DNA of 32,000 bases from Synechococcus sp. A15-28 (lineage in GTDB: Bacteria; Cyanobacteriota; Cyanobacteriia; PCC-6307; Cyanobiaceae): positions 570,001 to 602,000 of the forward strand of contig NZ_CP047931.1 of NCBI RefSeq assembly GCF_014280175.1. The letters run 5' to 3'. The translations under genes and the position numbers were made by a program. The notes beneath the pieces were generated by a model that was not told the DNA's origin, did not search any database, and saw only the letters and a program-made list of their open reading frames with translations. The stretch's first letter is position 1. Each line of letters starts with the position of its first letter. Of this stretch, positions 13,718 to 21,904 are shown one piece after another.

Positions 13718-16132
13718 TTAATATCGCTGATAGTAATCTTTCATCTTCCTGAAACTGGATCTAATTTCAATTCCTTTCTTGATGCTTTCTGGGGAAGTGC
13801 TGACGCTAAAATTTTCACGGATCTTTGTTAGGTTTGGATTGTAAAACAAATCACTTGGTAGTTCTTTGATGTTTTGAATGTCGTATTGATTCAGCATGAA
13901 GTTTATTTCTTTCCTGAACCTTTCTTGCTTTTCGGGAGAGTCCTCGGCTCCTCGCGATATTGATTCGTGGTGAAACAGCTCAGCGTATGGCGTGAAAATA
14001 TTCCGATATCCTCTTGCGTGAACTCTCATGCAGAAGTCGACATCATTAAATGCGATTGTGAGGTCTTGTTCATTTAGTCCGCCGACGTTATTGAAAATTT
14101 CTCTGCGAATTGCGAGGCATGCTGCAGTTACTGCTGTCATCTGTTGTACATATTGAAGTCTGTCGACATAACCAGGACTATCTTCCGGAAAGTATTTATG
14201 GGCATGACCGGCGACTTGGCCAATTCCAATAATTACACCTCCATGCTGAATAGTCCCATTCGAATAGTATAACTTTGCGCCGACACAACCAACGTCTGGC
14301 CTTGAAGTGTGGGAAACAAGTTCTTGGAGCCATTCGCCAGTGATAACCTCAACATCGTTATTGACCAAAGCAATGATATCTGCCCTTGATTTGCTGACGG
14401 CATAGTTGTTGATGGCTGAAAAGTTGAATTTTTTGTTATACTTGATTATATTTATTTTTTCACCATGTTTTCTTTTCAGTTTTTTGAATAGATTCTTTGT
14501 CTCGACCTCTGCGCTCTGGTTGTCTACAATTGTGATTGTATAGTTCGTATATGTCGTCTTGGTGATGATTGAATCAACTGCCAGATTTAATACCTCTGCT
14601 TGATCTCGAGTGGGGATGATGAGTTCCACAGATGGTGGCTTTTCTGGTATGTGCCACTCGCAGGTGAATCGGTTCCTTGCCTTGATGCGGGCTGTTGCCT
14701 TAATGCCGCCACGTCGATGCTGCTCGTCCAGGTAGTGCTGAACTGCTCTGTGTCCGCTTTCAGTTGTGTAATCCTTGCTGTTTGGGTTGCTGGCGGTTGA
14801 TCCAGAATGTGCTCGCCAGTGGTACAAGACTCTGGGGATGTGAATAATTTGGTCCGGGGAAGATTCCAGGACAGTCCTGAGCGCAAGATCGTGATCTTGG
14901 CTTCCCTCGAAGCCAACCCGGAAGCCACCAATTTGTTTGAGGATCTCTCTTCTGTAAACACCCAAGTGTGAAATAAAGTTATAAGACAAGAGTAGATCTA
15001 TGTTGAAGGCTGGCTTGAAGTGTGGGCATGAACGTATTCCATCATCGTTGACTTTGTCTTCATCGCTATAGATTAAATTTGCTTGCGGCTTTTTTTGCAA
15101 CTCACGTGCCACCCAGTAAAGAGCATTGTCTGCAAGGATATCGTCGTGATCGAGTAATGCTACGTATTCTCCTGTCGCCAGACTAAGTGCGTCATTGCTG
15201 GCTTCACATATGTGGCCATTCTTTTCGCGAAAGATAAGTTTAATTCTAGGGTCTATCGCTTGATAGCTCTTGAGGGTTGTCTTGACGCTCACTGTGCTGG
15301 AGCAGTCATCGCAGATGCAGAGTTCCCAGTTGGGATAGCTTTGACGGCATACGCTTTCGATGCATTTGCGAAGGTGGTTGCTGTTGGTGTTGTAGGTAGG
15401 AATAATAATGCTGATAAGTGGGGCGTCTTTATTTAGGTCAAGCCATTCCCTAATTTGCTCTTCCGTGTGGTCGAGCTCTGGTTCGATTTCTTTTAAGTAG
15501 CGATTGTATTGGTCATCTGCTCCTTGCTGGGTTTGATTGTTGATAGGTTTTTTGGGCCAAGACTGATGCCTGATCTGGGATGATCGATAGATCTGTTCTG
15601 TTCGCCATGCAATTTCTTTTTTTGTCGAGTAGGCCTCCCCCTCGATGACATTGTCGTTTGCCTTGGGCTTCCTTGATGTCCATTGTCTTAAAATATCTAC
15701 AAACGTATCTTCGGTTGTAGGCAATAGTGAAATAGTCGCATTGATTGCTCCGGGAGTATTGACTGGTTTGATCTTGACTCTGCTCCTTTGCAGGACGACG
15801 ATTGGAAGTACAAGGCACGGTTCTGATCTTGTGCCTTGGATCGGCACTGTGAATGTTCTTGCCAGCAATTTGTTGGGACCAACCGGCTCTATGGAAACGG
15901 AGCAAAGTGTTGGCTGCTCTTCGGAATTAATTGATAGTCGAAGTAAGTAGTACCCTTTCGCGATGCCTTTGCGTGTTTCGAAGTAACAATTTGCATGTTC
16001 GGCGTAGTATTTCCCGTCGCCAAGTAGTCGTATGTTGTTTCTAACCCAATCCTGCCGATGGCATCTGTCTTTTCTGGTTTCTTGTGTTTGTTCCACTACG
16101 TTTTCTTTTCGGCATAGTGTGTGATGTACCAC
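13718..16132 (-). CDS. 804-aa glycosyltransferase with two GT2 domains and an unassigned ~235-aa N-terminal domain
   Basis: GT2-A spans aa ~238-445 (nt ~14798-15421): LISIIIPTYNTNSNHLRKCIESVCRQSYPNWELCICDDCS...YVALLDHDDILA...LIYSDEDK. GT2-B spans aa ~501-730 (nt ~13943-14632): VELIIPTRDQAEVL...ITIVDNQS...IIALVNNDVEV...AACLAIRREIFNNVGGLNE. The start is ambiguous: GTG 16132 gives a 37-nt overlap with rfbB, and GTG 16096 gives a TAGTG 1-nt overlap. Confidence 0.8.
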   Translation of the reverse strand: MVHHTLCRKENVVEQTQETRKDRCHRQDWVRNNIRLLGDGKYYAEHANCYFETRKGIAKGYYLLRLSINSEEQPTLCSVSIEPVGPNKLLARTFTVPIQGTRSEPCLVLPIVVLQRSRVKIKPVNTPGAINATISLLPTTEDTFVDILRQWTSRKPKANDNVIEGEAYSTKKEIAWRTEQIYRSSQIRHQSWPKKPINNQTQQGADDQYNRYLKEIEPELDHTEEQIREWLDLNKDAPLISIIIPTYNTNSNHLRKCIESVCRQSYPNWELCICDDCSSTVSVKTTLKSYQAIDPRIKLIFREKNGHICEASNDALSLATGEYVALLDHDDILADNALYWVARELQKKPQANLIYSDEDKVNDDGIRSCPHFKPAFNIDLLLSYNFISHLGVYRREILKQIGGFRVGFEGSQDHDLALRTVLESSPDQIIHIPRVLYHWRAHSGSTASNPNSKDYTTESGHRAVQHYLDEQHRRGGIKATARIKARNRFTCEWHIPEKPPSVELIIPTRDQAEVLNLAVDSIITKTTYTNYTITIVDNQSAEVETKNLFKKLKRKHGEKINIIKYNKKFNFSAINNYAVSKSRADIIALVNNDVEVITGEWLQELVSHTSRPDVGCVGAKLYYSNGTIQHGGVIIGIGQVAGHAHKYFPEDSPGYVDRLQYVQQMTAVTAACLAIRREIFNNVGGLNEQDLTIAFNDVDFCMRVHARGYRNIFTPYAELFHHESISRGAEDSPEKQERFRKEINFMLNQYDIQNIKELPSDLFYNPNLTKIRENFSVSTSPESIKKGIEIRSSFRKMKDYYQRY

Positions 16133-17172
16133 TGCACTGTTTTCGCGATGGCTTCATTGAAATCATGCCGTGGTTTCCACCCCAGCTCGGTTTCAATTCT
16201 TGCTGGATCAATGGCGTATCGCCTGTCATGTCCAGGCCGATCAGTCACCAGTTGAATTAATTGCTTATGCGGATTGCGCGTCGGAAGTAGCTGATCCAAC
16301 TGGCTACAGATGCATTCCACGACCTCGCGATTGGTTCGTTCTCCATAGCCGCCGACGCAGTAACTGCGGCCTGATGCTCCCTTGCAAGCGGCCAGGAGCA
16401 GGGCATCGACGTGGTCTTCCACGTACAACCAGTCTCTGACGTTCAATCCATCGCCATACAAGGGGATTGGCTCTCCTGCAGCAGCCTTCAACGTCACGAC
16501 GGGAATCAACTTTTCGGGGAATTGCCAAGGTCCGTAGTTGTTGGAGCAATTCGTCAGCACCACTGGCAATCCGTACGTGTGGTGCCAGGCGCTCACCAGA
16601 TGGTCACTGGCCGCCTTGCTGCTCGAATATGGACTTCGCGGGTCGTAGGGGGTGGTTTCGCAGAAACGACCTTCCTCGCCCAGGGAGCCAAAGACTTCAT
16701 CGGTGCTGATGTGATGCAGTCGGAAGTTCTCTTGGCGCTCTCCGCTCAAGCCCTCGACATGCTCCCGTACCGCTTGCAGCAGGTTGTACGTCCCCGTCAC
16801 GTTGCTCTCGATGAACACACCAGGGCCCGCAATCGAGCGGTCCACATGACTTTCCGCCGCAAGGTGCATCACCAGATCGGGATCCGCTGCCTGCACCGCG
16901 TCTCGGACCGCCTTGGCGTCAGCAAGGTCCACCTGTTGCAGCACATGTCGTTGGGCAGCTCCATCACCAAGCTCAGTCAGCACCTCCTCGATCGAGGTGA
17001 GATCGCTGGCGTAGCCCATCTTGTCGAGATTGAACACCATGGCGTCGCTCTCGCGCAGCAGGCGCCGCACCACGGCTCCGCCAATAAATCCAGCCCCTCC
17101 TGTCACGAGCACCCGCCGGCGGGATCCCAGCAGCTCAGCAGCCGTCGGCATGGTGTTGGTCATCGCAATCAC
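16096..17172 (-). CDS. rfbB: dTDP-glucose 4,6-dehydratase
   Basis: Motifs VLVTGGAGFIGG, HISTDEVFGS and YSSSKAASDHLV are typical of RmlB. GTG 17172 overlaps the rfbD stop (GTGA). Alternative ATG starts lie at 17163 and 17151. Confidence 0.92.
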   Translation of the reverse strand: MIAMTNTMPTAAELLGSRRRVLVTGGAGFIGGAVVRRLLRESDAMVFNLDKMGYASDLTSIEEVLTELGDGAAQRHVLQQVDLADAKAVRDAVQAADPDLVMHLAAESHVDRSIAGPGVFIESNVTGTYNLLQAVREHVEGLSGERQENFRLHHISTDEVFGSLGEEGRFCETTPYDPRSPYSSSKAASDHLVSAWHHTYGLPVVLTNCSNNYGPWQFPEKLIPVVTLKAAAGEPIPLYGDGLNVRDWLYVEDHVDALLLAACKGASGRSYCVGGYGERTNREVVECICSQLDQLLPTRNPHKQLIQLVTDRPGHDRRYAIDPARIETELGWKPRHDFNEAIAKTVQWYITHYAEKKT

Positions 17173-18077
17173 GAGCTGGTGGGGATGGCCCGCAGCACAT
17201 CTCTGAGAGCTGCCCGCCAGGACTGCGCCTCAAGATTCAGCGCCGCGCGGCTTCCCTGGCAATCCAGCAGGGAATAAGCGGGACGGGTGGCTGGGGTTGG
17301 GTAGTCGGCGGTGCTGATCGGATTCACCGTGGCGGCTTTCTCCAGCAGACCAAGGTCCATTGCCAACTCACCCACTGCTACGGAGACGTCATACCAGCTG
17401 GCGGCGCCGCCATCACACCAATGCATGACAGGGGGGAGTACTACTTCTTTACAGCTGGTGGTGATCACCGTCCAGCAAGCCGTCGCCAGGTTCAACGTGC
17501 TGCTCGGGCAGCCCACCTGATCGGCCACCACCCCTAACTGCTCTCTCTCCCGATGCAGCCGCAACATGGTGAGGGCAAAGTTTTTGCCCACTGGACCCAT
17601 CACCCAGCTGGTGCGCAGCACCACACCTTGGTCACTTGCCCCAAGCAGCTCTTCCACCGCCTCCTCTCCGCTGGCCTTGCTGGCGCCATAGACCCCTAGA
17701 GGATCGCGCTTCTGATCGACCCGATAAGGGGACCCCTGCTGACCGTTGAAGACAAAGTCGGTGCTCAGCTGCAGCATCCGGCCGCCGTACTCCTCGATGG
17801 CGTCTGCAAAGGCGCGGGGTGCGGCTCCATTCACGGCATGGGCCAGCTCTGGCTCCGCTTCCGCTTTGTCCACCGCGGTGTACGCACCGGCATTCAGAAC
17901 CCAGTCGGGGCGGTGCTCCTCCACCGCCTTGCTGCAGGCCATGGCATCGGCCAGATCGAGGGCCAACAATCCATCCCCTCCACTGCGGCTGCTGGGCAGC
18001 AGCTCAATCCCATCCGGGGTCGCTTCGATCAACGCCTGGCCCAGCTGGCCGGCAGCACCGGTGAGCAACACCTTCAT
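17169..18077 (-). CDS. rfbD: dTDP-4-dehydrorhamnose reductase
   Basis: [16 protein letters not shown] and YGASKASGEEAV match RmlD, and the length is typical. ATG 18077 shares 1 nt with the rfbC stop (TGATG). Confidence 0.9.
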   Translation of the reverse strand: MKVLLTGAAGQLGQALIEATPDGIELLPSSRSGGDGLLALDLADAMACSKAVEEHRPDWVLNAGAYTAVDKAEAEPELAHAVNGAAPRAFADAIEEYGGRMLQLSTDFVFNGQQGSPYRVDQKRDPLGVYGASKASGEEAVEELLGASDQGVVLRTSWVMGPVGKNFALTMLRLHREREQLGVVADQVGCPSSTLNLATACWTVITTSCKEVVLPPVMHWCDGGAASWYDVSVAVGELAMDLGLLEKAATVNPISTADYPTPATRPAYSLLDCQGSRAALNLEAQSWRAALRDVLRAIPTSS

Positions 18078-18664
18078 CAGAATATATCTCCAGTTGCCGT
18101 GGCTTGATCCAGGCTGGCGGCGTCTCCATCCTTGCCCGACAGGTTCACCTCAGTTCCTGCCAGCTGATCCAAGGGCCAGGCGATGCCGATGGTGGCGTCG
18201 TTCCAGCGGATGGCCCGCTCGCAATCCTTGTTCCAGAAGCCGCGCGCCTTGTACTGCACTTCAGCCACAGCGCTGAGGGTCAGAAAGCCGTGGGCAAAGC
18301 CCTCCGGCACCCAGAGCTGCTGCTTGTTCTCTGCACTCAAATGGGCACCCACCCACTGCCCGAATGTGGTGGAACCCCGGCGGATGTCCACCGCCACATC
18401 AAAGATCTCTCCGATGCTGGCCCGCACCAACTTGGCCTGCGGTTCCGGCGAGAGTTGGTAATGCAGACCGCGCAGCACCCCTTGTGCGGAGCGGGAGTGG
18501 TTGTCCTGGGAGAACACCACCGCTTCATCCACGGCCTCATCAAATTTGCGTTGGTTCCAGCTTTCAAAAAACCAGCCCCGCTCATCGCCAAAGGCCTTGG
18601 GGCTGATCAGCAGGGGGCCTTCAATGGTGGCCCCTTGAGGGCTCTGCAGTTGCTCAACCTGCAT
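18077..18664 (-). CDS. rfbC: dTDP-4-dehydrorhamnose 3,5-epimerase
   Basis: From ATG 18664 the protein reads [37 protein letters not shown]...LRGLHYQ, the canonical RmlC pattern. The upstream part of the ORF (to 18793) overlaps rfbA and looks non-coding. Confidence 0.9.
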   Translation of the reverse strand: MQVEQLQSPQGATIEGPLLISPKAFGDERGWFFESWNQRKFDEAVDEAVVFSQDNHSRSAQGVLRGLHYQLSPEPQAKLVRASIGEIFDVAVDIRRGSTTFGQWVGAHLSAENKQQLWVPEGFAHGFLTLSAVAEVQYKARGFWNKDCERAIRWNDATIGIAWPLDQLAGTEVNLSGKDGDAASLDQATATGDIF

Positions 18665-19595
18665 GGGTCGGCACCTCCAGACTGCTCTGCAACGCGGCGT
18701 GATCGCTGATGCTTTCCTCCAGCAGCTGCAGCAAATAGGTGCCGTAGCCGCTCTTCTTGAGGGGCTGTGCCAGTCGTTCCAATTGCGAAGCATTGATCCA
18801 ACCCTGGCGCCAGGCCACCTCCTCCGGGCAACCCACCTTCAGGCCCTGACGGTGTTCCAGCGTGCGGATATAGCCACCGGCATCGTTAAGGGAGTCGCAG
18901 GTGCCGGTGTCCAGCCAGGCCATCCCTCGACCCATCAATTCCACCCTGAGCAGGCCGTCATCCAGGTACATCTGGTTGAGATCGGTGATCTCCAGCTCCC
19001 CACGGGCTGAGGGTTTTACCTGGCGGGCCCGTTCCACGACGGAAGAGTCATAGAAGTAGAGGCCGGTCACGGCGTAGCGACTCTTGGGCTGCTGGGGCTT
19101 CTCCTCAATGCTCAGCACTCTCCCCTCCGCATCGAATTCAGCCACGCCATAGCGCTCCGGATCGCTGACGGGATAGGCAAACACCGTTGCGCCTTCCTCC
19201 CGGCCATCGCTGCTCACCAGCTGTGGCACCAGATCGTGACCGTGGAACAGGTTGTCCCCCAACACCAGGGCAGCCGATGCCCCATCCAGGAATTCAGCGC
19301 CGATCAGGAAGGCCTGCGCCAACCCATCCGGGCTGGGCTGAATGGCGTATTCGATCGTCATTCCCCAGCGGCTGCCGTCGCCCAGCAGGCGCTGGAAGGC
19401 CTCCTGATCGTGGGGGGTGGTGATGATCAACACCTCACGGATTCCCGCCAGCATCAACGTGCTCAGCGGGTAGTAGATCATCGGCTTGTCGTACACCGGC
19501 AGCAGCTGTTTGCTCACCGCCTGGGTGATCGGATGCAGCCGCGTGCCACTGCCTCCGGCCAGGATGATTCCCTTACGGCGCGAAGGATGAGGCAC
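18654..19595 (-). CDS. rfbA: glucose-1-phosphate thymidylyltransferase
   Basis: [54 protein letters not shown] is the canonical RmlA N-terminus. The start is GTG at 19595. Confidence 0.93.
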   Translation of the reverse strand: MPHPSRRKGIILAGGSGTRLHPITQAVSKQLLPVYDKPMIYYPLSTLMLAGIREVLIITTPHDQEAFQRLLGDGSRWGMTIEYAIQPSPDGLAQAFLIGAEFLDGASAALVLGDNLFHGHDLVPQLVSSDGREEGATVFAYPVSDPERYGVAEFDAEGRVLSIEEKPQQPKSRYAVTGLYFYDSSVVERARQVKPSARGELEITDLNQMYLDDGLLRVELMGRGMAWLDTGTCDSLNDAGGYIRTLEHRQGLKVGCPEEVAWRQGWINASQLERLAQPLKKSGYGTYLLQLLEESISDHAALQSSLEVPTHAG

Positions 19596-19644
19596 GAGAT
19601 CTCAAAAAGTTGGCGATATTTCAGCACAGGCGCACCTCCTGCAC

Positions 19645-20166
19645 TCAATCACGCCAGTCGAGCCAGGGGAGCCCAGGGGCAATGGCCGGGGTTGTGGAGC
19701 GGTACGTCGCGTAGTCCGGATGGAGCTGGAGCAAGGACCGTTCCTCCCGGCGGGCTTTCCCCCCCAGCACGACCACCAGCCCCAGCAGCAGCAGTAGATG
19801 CAGCAGGCTGCCGAAGGCCAGCACCACCCCGAGGGAACACAGCAGCACGGCCTGGTACATCGGGTGCCGGCAGCGTTGATAAGGCCCCTGGCAGATCAGG
19901 CGGTTTCCCTGCTTGGCCGCCGGCAACGGAGACAGGCTGCTGCCGAGGGCGGCAAAGGCTTGGGCTGCTACGACCAAGCCGCTCAACAGCAGCAGCACGC
20001 CGACGATGAAAAGGGGACGGGGCCAGATCTCCAACCCCCAGGCGGCAGCTGTTGGCCAGGGCGGCAGCAGGTGTGCCGTGATCATCACCAGCTGGGCCAG
20101 CAGCCACCATTCGCCGCGGCGGTTATCGAGCCAGCCCCCCCAGCTCAGTCCCCAACCTGAAAACAT
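19645..20166 (-). CDS. isoprenylcysteine carboxyl methyltransferase (ICMT)/phospholipid methyltransferase-family membrane protein
   Basis: It is a multi-TM protein with the C-terminal pattern GPYQRCRHPMYQAVLLCSLG...ARREERSLLQLHPDYATY typical of the ICMT/PEMT family. The start is ATG 20166, with GTG at 20169. Confidence 0.7.
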   Translation of the reverse strand: MFSGWGLSWGGWLDNRRGEWWLLAQLVMITAHLLPPWPTAAAWGLEIWPRPLFIVGVLLLLSGLVVAAQAFAALGSSLSPLPAAKQGNRLICQGPYQRCRHPMYQAVLLCSLGVVLAFGSLLHLLLLLGLVVVLGGKARREERSLLQLHPDYATYRSTTPAIAPGLPWLDWRD

Positions 20167-20184
20167 CACCTGACTACTCCTTCC

Positions 20185-20559
20185 CTAAAGCTCATCCTGA
20201 ACCAGTTGACGCGCGGTTTCGTCATCCAGTGAGCTCAGGTCGCAGCTGTCCGTCAGCTCGGTACCCAACAGATCGGCTGCCTTGCGGACCTGGGGGTTCT
20301 CCAGCACAGCAGCGCTGATGGCCATTTCTTTCAGGGCAATGGCGGTGGCTTGCTCGGCCTGTTGTTGGGACAACTGACCACGGCGCACCAGGCATTCGCC
20401 ATTGGCCAGAGAGCCTGCGGCAAAGGCGCGGATGCTGCGGGCCAGTTCCAGCCGCGCCACTTTGCGGATGGTCTCCGGTGACATGGATTTCGCAGCCGCG
20501 GTTGGCGCCATCAGGGCCAGCCCTGTCATCAGCAGTCTGATCAGAACGATGCCAACCAT
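20185..20559 (-). CDS. small secreted hypothetical protein (signal peptide)
   Basis: The protein is 124 aa. It has a hydrophobic N-terminus MVGIVLIRLLMTGLALMAPTAAA followed by a polar helical region with two Cys. Native GC and tight packing between neighbours support it as coding. Confidence 0.5.
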   Translation of the reverse strand: MVGIVLIRLLMTGLALMAPTAAAKSMSPETIRKVARLELARSIRAFAAGSLANGECLVRRGQLSQQQAEQATAIALKEMAISAAVLENPQVRKAADLLGTELTDSCDLSSLDDETARQLVQDEL

Positions 20560-20562
20560 GGT

Positions 20563-21123
20563 TTAGTCGAGGCGCGGAAAGCGATCGGCGATGGAGTCTC
20601 CCGTGAAGGTCGCGACCCAGCCCTCGCTGTTGTTGAAAAAGCGCAGGGCACAGAACGATGGGGTTGGTCCCATGTCGAACCAGTGGCGCGTCCCGGCCGG
20701 GACGCTGATCAGGTTGCCGCGCTCACACAGCGTCACCAGCACCTCCTGGCCGATGTGCATTGAGAACAGCCCCTGACCCTCCACGAAGAAGCGCACCTCG
20801 TCCTCGGCATGGGTGTGCTCCGCCAGGAATTTGCTGCGCAGGGCGACGCGCTCCGGATGGTCTGGCGTCATTCGGATGGCATCCACCGTTTGATAACCAC
20901 CCTCCTTCTGGACCCTGGCCACCTCCGTGGCGTAGGTCGCCAGGATTGCGCTCTGGTCCGCGTCCGGGGGCAGGGCATGGGCCGCAGGCCACTGCTCAAA
21001 ACCGACACCCCGTTCATCGAGTGCAGCCTGGATCGAGGCCGGGTCGTTGCAGACCAGATTCGGCAGAGGGAGGCCGCTGCCGCGGTCATCGCCATGGTCT
21101 GGAAAGATGCTGAGACGACTCAT
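20563..21123 (-). CDS. mtnD: acireductone dioxygenase (methionine salvage)
   Basis: It aligns by eye end-to-end with Klebsiella ARD: KFLAEHTHAEDEVRFFVEGQGLFSMHIGQEVL...LISVPAGTRHWFDMGP...FNNSEGWVATFTGDSIADRFPRL. Confidence 0.9.
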   Translation of the reverse strand: MSRLSIFPDHGDDRGSGLPLPNLVCNDPASIQAALDERGVGFEQWPAAHALPPDADQSAILATYATEVARVQKEGGYQTVDAIRMTPDHPERVALRSKFLAEHTHAEDEVRFFVEGQGLFSMHIGQEVLVTLCERGNLISVPAGTRHWFDMGPTPSFCALRFFNNSEGWVATFTGDSIADRFPRLD

Positions 21124-21191
21124 CGCCGGGCTCCCGGAGGACCGTTCCGCTGTCCATCATCAACCCGTCCGTTGCCGCTGGCCTCACGCTG

Positions 21192-21902
21192 GTGGGGGTT
21201 GGCCCCGGCGACCCTGAACTGTTGACGCTGGCGGCGGTGCACGCGATCGAACAGGCCGATGTGGTGGCCACACCGCTGGCCCGCGAGGGGGGCGCCAGCA
21301 TGGCCGCAGCCATTGCCTCCCGGTACATCGCTCCGCAGCAACGGCTGCTGCCCTTGTCGTTTCCCATGGTGGCGGCGGCGGCACCCCGGCAACAGGCCTG
21401 GCACCGGGCGGCCGATGCCGTCGCTGCTGAAGTTAGCGCTGGAAGGTCGGTGGCGTTGCTCTGCGAGGGGGATGCATCCCTGTTCGCCACCGGCAGCTAC
21501 GTGCTGCTGGCGTTGCAGCAGCGTCATCCTGATTGCCCCATTCGCGTGATTCCTGGGATCACAGCCATCTCCGCAGCGGCAGCAGCGGCGACCTGGCCTC
21601 TCGCCCTGCAGCAGGACCAGTTGCTGGTGCTGCCTTGTCCCGAGACAGCTGATGCCCTGACCGGTCTGCTCGAGACGGCCGCAGAGCAGTCCAGGGTGCT
21701 GGCCCTGATGAAGCTGGGTCACCGATGGTCCTGGGTTCGCCCGTTGCTGGAGCGCCGGAGCCTGCTCAGCGCGGCGTTGTTCGCGGAGCGGGTGGGCTGG
21801 CCGGATCAGGTCGTTCGCCCTGCTGGCGACATGGAGGCGAGTGAACGCCCCTACTTTTCGCTGCTGCTGGTGCGTCAGGGCTGGCCTGACGTGCTGCCCT
21901 GA
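21192..21902 (+). CDS. cobI: precorrin-2 C20-methyltransferase (CobI/CbiL)
   Basis: It has tetrapyrrole-methylase motifs GVGPGDPELLT, LCEGDASLF and VIPGITAISAAAA, and the C-terminal PYFSLLLV pattern typical of CobI. GTG 21192 is the first ATG/GTG in the open frame, so the true start may differ. Confidence 0.75.
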   Translation: MGVGPGDPELLTLAAVHAIEQADVVATPLAREGGASMAAAIASRYIAPQQRLLPLSFPMVAAAAPRQQAWHRAADAVAAEVSAGRSVALLCEGDASLFATGSYVLLALQQRHPDCPIRVIPGITAISAAAAAATWPLALQQDQLLVLPCPETADALTGLLETAAEQSRVLALMKLGHRWSWVRPLLERRSLLSAALFAERVGWPDQVVRPAGDMEASERPYFSLLLVRQGWPDVLP

Positions 21903-21904
21903 AC

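Noticed and set aside
5027-16132. Search for a mobile-element signature (integrase, transposase, tRNA target, flanking direct repeats) and for a kpsT-like ATPase
   Set aside because: None of the ORFs shows recombinase or transposase motifs or a Walker A loop. I found no shared flank sequence of 10 bp or more by eye. A proper repeat search is still needed.
18665-18793. N-terminal extension of the rfbC ORF (starts at 18793)
   Set aside because: It overlaps rfbA, and its Cys/Arg/Trp-rich translation is unlike RmlC. ATG 18664 gives the canonical RmlC N-terminus.
19596-19660. Putative rfbA promoter (TTGAGT ... TGAAAT on the minus strand)
   Set aside because: The hexamers match the consensus poorly (4/6 each), the spacing is 19 nt, and the -35 candidate lies in the ICMT-like gene's stop region. 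The support is too weak to report as a feature.
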